Assembly: GCA_000166095.1 (NCBI GenBank)
Contig: CP002278.1
Coordinates: forward strand, 300,001 to 332,000
Direction: 5' to 3'
From: Methanothermus fervidus DSM 2088
Lineage (GTDB): Archaea; Methanobacteriota; Methanobacteria; DSM-2088; Methanothermaceae
DNA: 32,000 bases
Shown here: piece by piece, positions 1 to 9,798 of the stretch
Layout of the letters: each line of letters opens with the position of its first letter
How positions within the stretch are numbered: the first letter of the stretch is position 1
Notes under the pieces: model-generated
The model's database searches: none
The model's input: the letters and a program-made list of their open reading frames with translations, nothing else
Told to the model about the DNA's origin: nothing
Position numbers and translations under genes: made by a program

Positions 1-575
1 ACAATGGAAACACCAAAAATTTTTATTAAATCACCAGGTATGAATGGTAAAATACCCATTGCAAGTATATTCCAAATTGTGGGTTGGATGCCCTTGCTCA
101 TTTGCCAAAATGCTAAACCAATTGCACCTGGTACATAAATAAGTACAAAGTTAGCTATCAACATTAATATCAATATATGCTTAAATTTTCTTGCAGAAAT
201 ATATCTGTCAATGAAATGACCTATAAATAATGATGCAAGGATAAATCCAATTAAGTATCCTCCTGTTGCACCTAATAATACTGTAATACCTCCTTTTGCA
301 CCTGCAAACCATGAAATACCTGCTGCTCCTAAAATTACATAAAATAGTTGGCTAATACCTCCCCAATATCTACCAAGAATAACTCCAGACAATAAAACAG
401 CGAAAGTTTGTCCGGTTATAGGTACAGGAGTCCAAGGTAATGGTATGACAATTTGTGCCATAATGCCAGTCATGGCTGCAACTGCCAGTGACATAATAGT
501 CTTAACTACAACGCCTTGCGATGTCCTCCATTTAAAAAAGTTGTAACGTATTTCATAATATTTTTCTAAGTTCAT
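1..575 (-). CDS. bioY: BioY-family biotin ECF transporter S component (partial, runs off the window start)
   Basis: Manual translation from ATG at 575: MNLEKYYEIRYNFFKWRTSQGVVVKTIMSLAVAAMTGIMAQIVIPLPWTPVPITGQTFAVLLSGVILGRYWGG...; the PLPWTPVPITGQTFAVLL.G...G motif is typical of BioY. Absent from the ORF track because it is open at the edge. Confidence 0.9.
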   Translation of the reverse strand, partial: MNLEKYYEIRYNFFKWRTSQGVVVKTIMSLAVAAMTGIMAQIVIPLPWTPVPITGQTFAVLLSGVILGRYWGGISQLFYVILGAAGISWFAGAKGGITVLLGATGGYLIGFILASLFIGHFIDRYISARKFKHILILMLIANFVLIYVPGAIGLAFWQMSKGIQPTIWNILAMGILPFIPGDLIKIFGVSI

Positions 576-602
576 TTAGCTCACCTCCTTTTAAAACTTA
601 AA

Positions 603-1787
603 CTAAGTAAATAAAAATTCACAAGCCTCTATAACATGTTTTTTGTCTTCTTCAGCAGCTTTTCTAATTTTGACAGTAATATCATGGAATAGCTTGTTAA
701 TTATAGATCTTGTTAAATCATTAAAAATTTTTTCGGGATTATTAGAAGTTTCCAACATTTTTAAAGCTTTTTTAACTTCTTTATTTCTTATCTTCTCTGC
801 CTTAATTCTAATTTTTGATATGATTTCTTCAACCTCTTTATGTTTTAACATTTTTTCAAGAGATATCATTTCTTCCTCTATAATTTTCTCCGCCTTTTCT
901 GCTTCTTTTTCTCTTTTTTTACGATTTTTTTCAGCTATAACTCTAAGGCTATCTATGTCAAATACATTAACTCCAAGATCTTTTACTCCTTCCTCTACAT
1001 CTCTAGGATTTGCTATATCGATTATTATTACAGACTTCCGCCTTTCAGGAGGAATTTTTTTAATTCGTTCCCGAGTTATTACAGGGTGTGGAGCTCCTGT
1101 AGCACTTATGATTATGTCCACATCTTTTATTACATCTTTTAATTTTTCAAAACGTATAGCACGTCCTCCTAATTCTTTTGCTAATTTTACAGCCCTATCA
1201 TATGTCCTATTAGCAACTAAAATTGCTTCAAGATTTTTATCTGCCAATGATTTAGCAACCAATGTACCCATTTCTCCAGCTCCAACAACTAAAACTTTTT
1301 TATTTTCCAAACTTCCACATATAGATTCTGCTAACTCAACTGCTGCAGATCCTATAGATACAGATCCCTCACTAATTTTTGTTTTTTTCCTTACTACTTG
1401 TCCAACATGGATCGCCTTATTGAATATTAATTCCAAAAGGTCACCACATGTTCCATTATTTTGTGCTTGTAATTTAGCATCCTTTATTTGTCCCAAAATT
1501 TGTGTTTCACCTATTATCATTGATTCTAGGCCAGACGCTAATTTTAATAAATGCAATATTGCTTTTTTATTTTTTTCAATGATTACATCCATATTTTTAA
1601 AGATATTTTCATCAAAGTTATCAGTCACAATATAATATTCCACGCGATTACAAGTTTTTATGCTGACACATTCTTTTATTTTACCTGCTTTCCATAAAGA
1701 TTTAATGATTTTTGCCATCCTTGGAGCAGATTCCTCCAATGTTTTTACATCTGCCATCTTGTGGTCAACTCTAATGTTGATGATCAT
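603..1787 (-). CDS. hemA: Glutamyl-tRNA reductase
   Basis: CVSIKTCNRVEYYIV, LASGLESMIIGETQILGQIKDA, VLVVGAGEMGTLVAKSL. Start chosen at ATG 1787 (MIINIRVDHK), preceded by GAGGTGAGG; the ORF-track start at 1802 is GTG. Confidence 0.95.
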   Translation of the reverse strand: MIINIRVDHKMADVKTLEESAPRMAKIIKSLWKAGKIKECVSIKTCNRVEYYIVTDNFDENIFKNMDVIIEKNKKAILHLLKLASGLESMIIGETQILGQIKDAKLQAQNNGTCGDLLELIFNKAIHVGQVVRKKTKISEGSVSIGSAAVELAESICGSLENKKVLVVGAGEMGTLVAKSLADKNLEAILVANRTYDRAVKLAKELGGRAIRFEKLKDVIKDVDIIISATGAPHPVITRERIKKIPPERRKSVIIIDIANPRDVEEGVKDLGVNVFDIDSLRVIAEKNRKKREKEAEKAEKIIEEEMISLEKMLKHKEVEEIISKIRIKAEKIRNKEVKKALKMLETSNNPEKIFNDLTRSIINKLFHDITVKIRKAAEEDKKHVIEACEFLFT

Positions 1788-1798
1788 TGAAATTTTCC

Positions 1799-2398
1799 TC
1801 ACCTCTGCAATAATTTATCAACATAATTTTTGGCTTTTTCTAAGTTTCCATCTTTTAGATATTCTTTGATTTTTTTGTCATTAAATAGTTTGTATAATAT
1901 TTTTTTCCTTTCTCTATGGTCATTGAATAAATTTTTAATTTTTTTTCGTGCATAATTTTGTAGTTCAACATTTAAAACATCTTCTTCATTGATACAGGAT
2001 TTTATTTTTTCTTTTAAATATTTAGCCATTAGTGGACTTTTACCCTTAGTAAAAATAGAAATTTGAATATCATTAATAGAAAAAACCGAAGGAATCGCTA
2101 TATTACCTTTAATTAAGTCATCTGCACGATTTACTAATTTATTTTTAGCAAGTTTAGTGGCTTTTTCATTTAAATATTTATCAGGAGTTGCTACAATTAC
2201 AATGTCTGCCCATTTTATCCATTTTTCCATTTCATGAAGTGGTTTAGTATTAAAATTTCTTAAAGATTTATTACTACCTAGAATAACTTCTGCTCCAGCT
2301 TTAATAAATTTTTTTGCTCTCCTTCTTGCAACTTCTCCGGAGCCAAGTACAAATATTTTTTTTCCAGTTACATTTAAAAAAATAGGTATCCAAGCCAT
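1799..2398 (-). CDS. Precorrin-2 dehydrogenase / siroheme synthase N-terminal (CysG-N/Met8-like)
   Basis: MAWIPIFLNVTGKKIFVLGSGEVARRRAKKFIKAGAEVILGS Rossmann motif; directly upstream of hemA. Confidence 0.85.
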   Translation of the reverse strand: MAWIPIFLNVTGKKIFVLGSGEVARRRAKKFIKAGAEVILGSNKSLRNFNTKPLHEMEKWIKWADIVIVATPDKYLNEKATKLAKNKLVNRADDLIKGNIAIPSVFSINDIQISIFTKGKSPLMAKYLKEKIKSCINEEDVLNVELQNYARKKIKNLFNDHRERKKILYKLFNDKKIKEYLKDGNLEKAKNYVDKLLQR

Positions 2399-2404
2399 TT
2401 TTAT

Positions 2405-2881
2405 CTATTTATTTAAATTTTTAAGCCTTAAAAGCTTCATTGCGGTTCTAATATCATAATCACAATCTTCTAAAGTCGATTTTGCTTCTTCAACTGATAC
2501 ATTAAAAGCTTCTGCTAATGCCTTTATTGTATCTTCTTCACTATATTTCGCCTTATTAGTAAGTTTTTCTGCCAGTTTTTTCTTTAACTCCATGTATTCA
2601 TCTACATCCATGTTTATTTTCCTTAGAACATGGTCTCTGATTGGACAAGGTTTCGATGGTTTACAACACCATACTAATGATCCAAAACATGTTTCTTTAC
2701 CTGCCCCTAACCTAGTATTTTTTGCAAATTCTTTTTTGATTTTAACATATTCCTCTGGTGTTAATTTTGCTTTTTTAAGTGCATCATGGATTGGACATGG
2801 TTTTATTGGAGGGCAACAAAAAGCTAAACCTCTGATATCTCCTCCTCTACAAATATGTGATGGTGCATCTTCCCAACCCAT
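2405..2881 (-). CDS. Methanogenesis marker 9 domain-containing protein (Cys-rich)
   Basis: Two copies of [WFY]CCxxxKPC-like motifs (FCCPPIKPCPI, WCCKPSKPCPI) with additional Cys; adjacent to atwA. Confidence 0.8.
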   Translation of the reverse strand: MGWEDAPSHICRGGDIRGLAFCCPPIKPCPIHDALKKAKLTPEEYVKIKKEFAKNTRLGAGKETCFGSLVWCCKPSKPCPIRDHVLRKINMDVDEYMELKKKLAEKLTNKAKYSEEDTIKALAEAFNVSVEEAKSTLEDCDYDIRTAMKLLRLKNLNK

Positions 2882-2893
2882 GTTTACCCTCCA

Positions 2894-4489
2894 TCATCCT
2901 TCCACAGACATTTTCTTTTTTTCTTCTGGAGTTAATTCTTCTACAATGTCTTCAGGGTCGCCGATTTTCAATATTTTTCCACCTCTCATCAACGCTGCCC
3001 TGTCACAAACTTCTAAAACAAAATCCATATCGTGAGATACTATAATATATGTCTGATCAAGTTCTTCTCGTGATTTAAGAATTGAATCACTAACCTGTAT
3101 TCTCGTAATTGGATCCATTGTACCTGTAGGTTCATCTAGAATTACAATTTTAGGTTCTTTTATTAATACCTGAGCTAAAGCAACTCTGTGTCTTTCACCA
3201 CCACTTAACTCATCTGGCATTTTATGTAGCAATTCTTTTGCTTTTTTTTCATTAAACCCTACTGCTTTAAGTACATATACAGCTTTCATCCTAGCAAATT
3301 CTGCAGGTAACTCAAGATTTATAGCATCAGTTAAATTTTCTAGTATTGTTCTATGAGGATATAAGCTGAATTCTTGATGTAATATACCAATATAAGGAAT
3401 AACTCTTCCTCTTTTTGTGGGCCCCTTTTCTTTCATATTTATCCATTCGTCACCTAAACGGATACAAACATCGCCATCGCTAGGATCTGTTAATCCTGCT
3501 ATCATTCGAGACAATGTTGTTTTTCCTGCACCACTTAATCCAACTATTCCAAATATTTCTCCCTCATAAACATCGAAAGATACACCATCAACAGCTTTGA
3601 CCATACCTCTTTCAATTGAATAATAATGTTTTTTAAGATTTCTTACTTTAATTATTGGATTAACAAATTCAACACGTTTTCTTTCTTTTAATTCTGGGAC
3701 ATGTTCAAGGAATTTACCCACAACCGTCTCAGGATCTCCTTCTTCAACAACTTCACCTTCATCTAACCATACAACATAATCAGGCAATTCTTTCATAACT
3801 TCTGGCCAGTGAGAAGTCACAACCATCGTAATATTTTTTTCTTTAACACCTTTAACAAGTGCTGAATGTACTAAATCGGCAGTTCTTGGATCTAATGTAC
3901 CAGTTGGTTCATCAGCTAAAAATAACATTGGATTCTTAGCTAATTGTCTAGCAAGAACAACTCTTTGCTTTTCACCACCACTTAAGTCTCTTGCTATATG
4001 TGTTATCCTGTGTGTTAATTGTACCATCTCCAATAATTCTATAGCTTTTGGAACACTTTTTTCATATTCTAGCTCATCAATTGCTTTAATCACATTGTCA
4101 ATTACAGGTTCATCTTCATATAAAGCAAAAGTTCTTTGTAGCATTATTGCAGTTCTTTTTCTAATAGCTGCAAATAATTTTCTATCACAATTCCAAAAAT
4201 CTACTTTTTTAAATTTAAATTTTCCACCACATAGACAATCTTTACCTTTATATGAGGGCGGTTCTACACGCATACACTTAGGACATATCGCTATATTATA
4301 TATAACACTGCCTTCTGTTGGTTTATAATCTCTCATCCCTCTTAGCATGTTTATTAATACTGATTTACCGGCTCCACTTTTTCCTAATATTCCAACAACT
4401 TTTCCTTCATCTATTTTTAAATTTAAATTTTTTAAAGCATATTTTCCGTTAAATGCCTTACTAACATTTTTTAATTCTATGAAGTTCAT
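2894..4489 (-). CDS. atwA: Methyl-coenzyme M reductase system component A2 (dual ABC ATPase)
   Basis: Two Walker A ([20 protein letters not shown]), two signature motifs ([16 protein letters not shown]) and an inserted Cys cluster [21 protein letters not shown]. Confidence 0.9.
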   Translation of the reverse strand: MNFIELKNVSKAFNGKYALKNLNLKIDEGKVVGILGKSGAGKSVLINMLRGMRDYKPTEGSVIYNIAICPKCMRVEPPSYKGKDCLCGGKFKFKKVDFWNCDRKLFAAIRKRTAIMLQRTFALYEDEPVIDNVIKAIDELEYEKSVPKAIELLEMVQLTHRITHIARDLSGGEKQRVVLARQLAKNPMLFLADEPTGTLDPRTADLVHSALVKGVKEKNITMVVTSHWPEVMKELPDYVVWLDEGEVVEEGDPETVVGKFLEHVPELKERKRVEFVNPIIKVRNLKKHYYSIERGMVKAVDGVSFDVYEGEIFGIVGLSGAGKTTLSRMIAGLTDPSDGDVCIRLGDEWINMKEKGPTKRGRVIPYIGILHQEFSLYPHRTILENLTDAINLELPAEFARMKAVYVLKAVGFNEKKAKELLHKMPDELSGGERHRVALAQVLIKEPKIVILDEPTGTMDPITRIQVSDSILKSREELDQTYIIVSHDMDFVLEVCDRAALMRGGKILKIGDPEDIVEELTPEEKKKMSVEG

Positions 4490-4529
4490 GAAAAATCACC
4501 TTCATGAAAAGTATTATGTTTAGGTATAG

Positions 4530-5264
4530 TTAAATTTTTTTCAGGTCGAAATCAATTTTTCCACCAAGAGCTGCACGTGCTATGGATATACCATCTGCAC
4601 CACTTTTCAACATATTTCTAGCTGATTTGATGTCTCTTATGGAGTTGTTACCAATTAAAAATGCATTTTTTATGGCACTGCTAACTTTTTTTACAGAATT
4701 TAAATCTGCACAATCAGCGCCTGGCTTCATAGCATCAAAATGTATATAATCACAACCTATATCATCAAGTAATGATGCTACCTCTCTTTCATCGACCCCT
4801 GGAACATTAGCTCTAAATTTAACAGAAACAGGTTTATGTGCTTTTTTTACAACCTCTGTAACATATTCTTCTAAAAAATCCAAATCATAAAGTAATGCCT
4901 GCCCACAACCCAATTCTATTATTTCTTTTTGTCTACAGTGGGCATTTATTTCTATTATGTCAATACTTTTAATTTTAGATATTTTGATTATTGGATCAGG
5001 AGTCACAGAACGCAAATTCACTGAAACTAATACATTACTATAGTATTTTTTAATTTTTTCAGATTCTTTTTTTATAATATGAGGTAATTTTTGGGGCTCG
5101 ATGTCAAATTCAGGCCTTCCTCTTTTAATCATTTTTTTTCCAGCAGTAGCAGTGAGATTATCAGCGTTATAGCCTCCTAAAGTAACCATATCAAATCCAT
5201 ATGGTATCAATTTTAAACAAAAATCAGCATTTGTTATTCCAGCCATTGGTGCCAAGACTTCAAT
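4530..5264 (-). CDS. TIM-barrel protein of the dihydrouridine synthase/nifR3-like superfamily, methanogen type
   Basis: [13 protein letters not shown]...[68 protein letters not shown] track starts at TTG 5255; the frame is open to an ATT at 5262-5264 (IEVLAPMAG). Confidence 0.75.
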   Translation of the reverse strand: MEVLAPMAGITNADFCLKLIPYGFDMVTLGGYNADNLTATAGKKMIKRGRPEFDIEPQKLPHIIKKESEKIKKYYSNVLVSVNLRSVTPDPIIKISKIKSIDIIEINAHCRQKEIIELGCGQALLYDLDFLEEYVTEVVKKAHKPVSVKFRANVPGVDEREVASLLDDIGCDYIHFDAMKPGADCADLNSVKKVSSAIKNAFLIGNNSIRDIKSARNMLKSGADGISIARAALGGKIDFDLKKI

Positions 5265-6024
5265 TTATCATCTCCTTCTCTTCAATCATGTGGACTAGAC
5301 TGGATGTATTACCTTCTCTTATTGCTTCTAGTGCTAAATCTGCAAGATTTGCAGCCTTATATGCTGTAGATGCTTTTCCCACACCTGCTTTTAATTCTAT
5401 ATTTAGTTCTTCATCAACAATTTTTAAAATTTTTAATAAAGCATTTGTTTTCACACCATTACATAAGGACATAAAGTTATCTCCACCAATAAAGAATATA
5501 AGCGCCCCTTTTTTGAAAAGTTCATCCATTAATATTTGATATACTTTATTAACAAAGAGAAATGTGTCATATGCAGATACCGTATCTGTCAATTTTTTAG
5601 TTATACCATTAATGTCAATATGAGCTATCTGTACAAATCCATTTTCAGCTATACTATCTACAGCTAAAATTTCTTTACGTTTTGGAGATTGTGCACTACC
5701 ATATTTTTGAAGGGCCTTTGTGGCATTGTATTGTGCATCATATGGCGTGTTTCCAGCCCCTATTCCCATACTTATTGTGATTGGATATCTATTCCCTATA
5801 GATTTTTGAATGTGTTTATGGTCTTCAATAGATATATTATTGCTAATTGCAAGCATGTTATCAAAACGTGTAAAAAAAACTAATCCTCCTCTTGCGGCGA
5901 ATTGTTGCTCAAGATCTGCATACAATTCTGCTTGTAATATTTGTAAATCGGATTCTGCTTTTGGAGAAGGAGTCACTGTCCAAGGACCATAATTATCTAT
6001 CTGTATCAAAGTCATCTGTATCAT
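5260..6024 (-). CDS. arfA: GTP cyclohydrolase III
   Basis: [38 protein letters not shown]..., [49 protein letters not shown] open to 6033. Confidence 0.93.
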   Translation of the reverse strand: MIQMTLIQIDNYGPWTVTPSPKAESDLQILQAELYADLEQQFAARGGLVFFTRFDNMLAISNNISIEDHKHIQKSIGNRYPITISMGIGAGNTPYDAQYNATKALQKYGSAQSPKRKEILAVDSIAENGFVQIAHIDINGITKKLTDTVSAYDTFLFVNKVYQILMDELFKKGALIFFIGGDNFMSLCNGVKTNALLKILKIVDEELNIELKAGVGKASTAYKAANLADLALEAIREGNTSSLVHMIEEKEMIN

Positions 6025-6922
6025 ATATTCCACCTAACACTACTTTCGCCACTCTTACTTTGTCTTTAATATTTCTCATTAATATATTCGTCGTTTTAAC
6101 ATCTTTTATTATTTTTTCTACTTTTTTTAAATGAATATCTTTATTATCTAGTACAAATCTATCTAAAAAATCTTTATACATGAGACACACACCATAAGAT
6201 GTAGGTTCATATCCAATTGCCTTCATAAATTTAGCTGCAGGTCCACTAAAAGGTTTATTACCCAAAAATGGTGAAACTGCTGCAACATAAACTTTTTTTA
6301 ATGCTTTTTTTACACCTTTCATCGATATTATTGGTCCTATAGATGTAACCGGATTTGAGGGACCAATTACAACTATATCAGAATTTTCTATTGATTCTAT
6401 AACCTTAGGGGCAGGTTTAACATTTTTATAGGAAACATCAAGTACATTTGGTTTTGCATTTTTTTCTATTAAAAATTCGTGAAATTTCATCTCACCTTCA
6501 TCTGTTATTATCTTAATATTTGACTCTTGATTACTCATTGGTAAGACTTGTGCTTTAATACCAAGTATTTTTCTTTGTATGTCTACAGCCTTTGATAAGT
6601 CATATTTTTCCTTTAAAATTGTTTTTTGAATTTTAAAAGCTCTATCTTTATCTCCAATTTTAAGTAATTCTGGACAACCTAATTTTTTGAGATATTCATG
6701 AGTAACAAATGTGTCATCTCTTCTACCATACCATGTTTTTTCATTTACAATATCTGCAAGAGTATATAACACTGTATCTACATCTGGAGCAATGTACAAA
6801 CCTCTATAGTAAAAATTTTCAACTGTATTGACAATTATGGTTAAATCTTCTTCCTTTATTAATTTTTTTAATCCTTGGATTAACTTAGGCCCACCTGTTC
6901 CTCCAGATAATACTGTTATCAT
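5993..6922 (-). CDS. cofD: 2-phospho-L-lactate transferase (coenzyme F420 biosynthesis)
   Basis: [52 protein letters not shown]. Confidence 0.95.
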   Translation of the reverse strand: MITVLSGGTGGPKLIQGLKKLIKEEDLTIIVNTVENFYYRGLYIAPDVDTVLYTLADIVNEKTWYGRRDDTFVTHEYLKKLGCPELLKIGDKDRAFKIQKTILKEKYDLSKAVDIQRKILGIKAQVLPMSNQESNIKIITDEGEMKFHEFLIEKNAKPNVLDVSYKNVKPAPKVIESIENSDIVVIGPSNPVTSIGPIISMKGVKKALKKVYVAAVSPFLGNKPFSGPAAKFMKAIGYEPTSYGVCLMYKDFLDRFVLDNKDIHLKKVEKIIKDVKTTNILMRNIKDKVRVAKVVLGGIYDTDDFDTDR

Positions 6923-7674
6923 CTAAACACATCATATTCTTTTTTTCTTAATAAAAGTTTAGCGTTTCCATCGCCTTTAAGATGATCAAATTTATATCCA
7001 CGTACTATAACTACGGGTATTCCTTCATTTGCTTGCCCCATAACCATTGATGCTGCCGAAGCAATTTCATCTGCCACCGCAATTTTCGTTGTTTTTAATT
7101 TTCGGCCATAAAGATCTTTTTCACCCCTTCTGTCCCATAGTGGATTTATTCCTGCCACTCCAACTGCAACACCTATTCCTCCATCTCTAAATGGTCTCCC
7201 TTGTGTATCTGATATTATTACAGCTATATCTTTCCCAGTTTCTTTTTTTATTTTATTATAAATCGTTTTAGCACTTTTATCTGGATCTTTGGGAAGTGGT
7301 TTTGCAAAACCTTTTTTAACGTTGGACTCATCTACACCTGCATTTGCACATACAAAACCATGATGGGTTTCTGTAATTACAAAATCATGACCTATCTTTA
7401 CCAACTCTTCAGATTCTCTTAAAATAACTTCCACTAATTTAGGATCTTTATTTATCTTTCTTGCGAGTTTTTTAGCAAATTCACTACATTCAACTTTATT
7501 TAAATCTATTAAATTACCTTCTGCTTTAGACACAATTGTCTCAGCGACAACAATAATATCATTATTCTTTATTCCTACCTTTTCCTTTTCTGCACATTTT
7601 ATTATTAATTTACCTAAATCATCTCCTTTTTTAATCATTGGTAATTTAATACCTATTAGTTCAATTTTCTGCAT
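6919..7674 (-). CDS. cofE: Coenzyme F420:gamma-glutamyl ligase
   Basis: [47 protein letters not shown]. Overlaps cofD start by ATGA. Confidence 0.95.
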   Translation of the reverse strand: MQKIELIGIKLPMIKKGDDLGKLIIKCAEKEKVGIKNNDIIVVAETIVSKAEGNLIDLNKVECSEFAKKLARKINKDPKLVEVILRESEELVKIGHDFVITETHHGFVCANAGVDESNVKKGFAKPLPKDPDKSAKTIYNKIKKETGKDIAVIISDTQGRPFRDGGIGVAVGVAGINPLWDRRGEKDLYGRKLKTTKIAVADEIASAASMVMGQANEGIPVVIVRGYKFDHLKGDGNAKLLLRKKEYDVFR

Positions 7675-8278
7675 TTAAGCACCTTGCATACATTTCCCAT
7701 TTTTCTTTTTTAAAAGCAGCTGCAGCAGTTACTGGATGTGTAAATTTCTTAAAAATACCTTTATTTAAAATAAAATCTACAGCTTCTTTAGCATTTTTTG
7801 CTTCAAATTTTACTTCTTTAGGTACATTATGCTTATACACTGCTATATAATATGATTTCATTGGTTTAATTTTTTCGATTCTTATGAAATCTTTTGTAAC
7901 AATTCCTATGTATCCTTTTTTATTATTTATTACACCTGCAATTCTTGGTGTATTATATTCATCTTTTTCATAATCAAAAACAAGAAGTGCTAAAGTCATT
8001 GCATCCTTCATGTTCATGCCTGATTCAATCTTTTCAGCTATAATATCTGTGTGTGATCCATTTGAAACAACTGCAACATCATCAACTATTCTTATACAAT
8101 TATAGGAAATATATGGATTTTTAAAAATTTCTTCTTCATGTCCTTCTTTAGGAACAATACTTATTTTATTTTTAAATATTTTTGCTACTCTATTTGGAAA
8201 GGATCTACTAGACACACGATATGCTACATAATATCCATTTTCATTGCTTCCAACAACTAAAAATCTTCCAACATACAA
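7661..8278 (-). CDS. purO: Archaeal IMP cyclohydrolase
   Basis: MYVGRFLVVGSNENGYYVAYRVSSRSFPNR, YISYNCIRI, VSNGSHTDIIAEKI, YNTPRIAGVI. Confidence 0.92.
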   Translation of the reverse strand: MYVGRFLVVGSNENGYYVAYRVSSRSFPNRVAKIFKNKISIVPKEGHEEEIFKNPYISYNCIRIVDDVAVVSNGSHTDIIAEKIESGMNMKDAMTLALLVFDYEKDEYNTPRIAGVINNKKGYIGIVTKDFIRIEKIKPMKSYYIAVYKHNVPKEVKFEAKNAKEAVDFILNKGIFKKFTHPVTAAAAFKKEKWEMYARCLNAEN

Positions 8279-8300
8279 AAATACACACCTCCATTACTTA

Positions 8301-8310
8301 TTTATAATAA
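8301..8310 (+). promoter_or_regulatory. Putative TATA box for the ModE-like gene
   Basis: tttataataa centred about 28 nt upstream of ATG 8332; no clear Shine-Dalgarno, so possibly leaderless. Confidence 0.4.
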
Positions 8311-8331
8311 TTAAAATTTAATATAAAAATC

Positions 8332-9021
8332 ATGATCAAGGGGATTTTGAGGTATCAATTACAAATTGAAGGTAAAGTTGTAACGATTGACGAAAGAAAA
8401 ATTAGATTACTCCGAGGTATTAAAAGATATGGTTCAATTAAAAAGGCATCGGAAAATTGTAGAATTCCATATAGGACAGCGTTAAAGTATATTAAATCTA
8501 TGGAAGATGAATTAGAGTCTAAGATAGTTATTACAAAAAGAGGTGGGCTTGGAGGAGGAGGGAAAACTAGATTAACAACTACTGGTGAGAGAATCTTACT
8601 TGAATATCAAAAATTGAATTATTTGATTAAAAAGCACAAACATGTAAATGAGTTGGAGGGTGTTGTAAAGAAGATAGATAAATCTAAGAGATTAATGATC
8701 ATTGGTGTCGATAACATTGAAATTGAAGTCCCTTTAGATCCTAAAGTAAAAGAGGGAGATGAAGTTATAGTTTTCATAGATCCTGAGGATATTTTTATAA
8801 CTTTAGATATACATAAATCAAGTGTTAGAAATATTATAAAAGCAAAAATAGTTGGTGTCAAAGTAAAAAATGGAATTGTAAGTTTAAAGTTGCTAGCTAA
8901 TAATCTACATTTCTTTGCAGATATAACTAAATATTCGTGGGATAAATTAAAGTTAGATTTAGAAGATGAGGTTTACATAGGATTTAAAGCTTTATCTACA
9001 GCTGTTATAAAGAAAATATAA
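8332..9021 (+). CDS. ModE-like transcriptional regulator with C-terminal TOBE-type molybdate/tungstate-binding domain
   Basis: N-terminal wHTH (RKIRLLRGIKRYGSIKKASENCRIPYRTALKYIKSME...GGGGKTRLTTTGERIL); C-terminal TOBE-like repeats (KVKEGDEVIVFIDPEDIFI). Confidence 0.85.
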   Translation: MIKGILRYQLQIEGKVVTIDERKIRLLRGIKRYGSIKKASENCRIPYRTALKYIKSMEDELESKIVITKRGGLGGGGKTRLTTTGERILLEYQKLNYLIKKHKHVNELEGVVKKIDKSKRLMIIGVDNIEIEVPLDPKVKEGDEVIVFIDPEDIFITLDIHKSSVRNIIKAKIVGVKVKNGIVSLKLLANNLHFFADITKYSWDKLKLDLEDEVYIGFKALSTAVIKKI

Positions 9022-9033
9022 CGATTAAGTAGT

Positions 9034-9612
9034 TCAATCAAGTAATCCCTTAGTACTTTTAATCTTGTTATCCTCTAAAGTAAGTGCATCTGAAATTGCA
9101 ATTCCCAATGCTTTAAACAATGCTTCTGCTTTATGGTGATCATTTACACCCTCAACTTCACAATGTAAGGTGATTCCATAATTTTTTGCAAAACTATCTA
9201 AAAAATGAGGAATGTTTTCTGTTGAAACATCTCCAATTTTTTCTCTTTTAAAACTACCTTTTATTTTAAAAAATGCTCTTCCACTTATATCTACGGCAAC
9301 CATAGCTAATGAGTCGTCCATAGGTACAATAGCACTTGATATTCTTTTTATACCTTTCTTACTACCAGTACATTTTTTAAATGCTCTACCAAGTACGATT
9401 CCTATATCTTCAACTAAATGGTGATCATCAACATCTATGTCACCTTTAGAAGTTATTTCGATGTTAAAATTACCATATTTTGCAAATGTCTCTAATAAAT
9501 GATCAAGAAATCTTAAAGATGTATTTATTTTATATTTTCCATCGCCATCCAAATTTAATAATATTGATATTTTTGTTTCCAATGTTTCTCTCTCAATTTT
9601 ACATTTCCTCAT
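9034..9612 (-). CDS. hisB: Imidazoleglycerol-phosphate dehydratase
   Basis: TKISILLNLDGDGKYKINTSLRFLDHLLETFAKYGNFNI, DDHHLVEDIGIVLG, DSLAMVAVDISGR, NDHHKAEALFKALGIAI. Confidence 0.95.
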   Translation of the reverse strand: MRKCKIERETLETKISILLNLDGDGKYKINTSLRFLDHLLETFAKYGNFNIEITSKGDIDVDDHHLVEDIGIVLGRAFKKCTGSKKGIKRISSAIVPMDDSLAMVAVDISGRAFFKIKGSFKREKIGDVSTENIPHFLDSFAKNYGITLHCEVEGVNDHHKAEALFKALGIAISDALTLEDNKIKSTKGLLD

Positions 9613-9618
9613 AGAAGA

Positions 9619-9798
9619 TCATCTTATTATTTTTATTGCTTGTGTGGGGCACCTGGTAGCACATATCATACATAGATGACAATATTCTAAATTTGTTGCT
9701 TTTGCTTTTTTATTAATTTTCCAAATTTTACCACCTTTTGGACATACCAGCCTACATACACCACAACTATTACATTTATCATTTACAATTATTTTCAT
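9619..9798 (-). CDS. Small 2[4Fe-4S] ferredoxin-like protein (59 aa)
   Basis: Manual translation: MKIIVNDKCNSCGVCRLVCPKGGKIWKINKKAKATNLEYCHLCMICATRCPTQAIKIIR*; two CxxCxxCxxxC motifs. Below the ORF-track length cutoff. Confidence 0.9.
   Translation of the reverse strand: MKIIVNDKCNSCGVCRLVCPKGGKIWKINKKAKATNLEYCHLCMICATRCPTQAIKIIR

Noticed and set aside
643-1635. 330-aa plus-strand ORF opposite hemA
   Set aside because: Lies wholly antisense to a strongly supported hemA; Ser/Phe/Leu-rich composition is the expected mirror of AT-rich coding sequence, with no motif.
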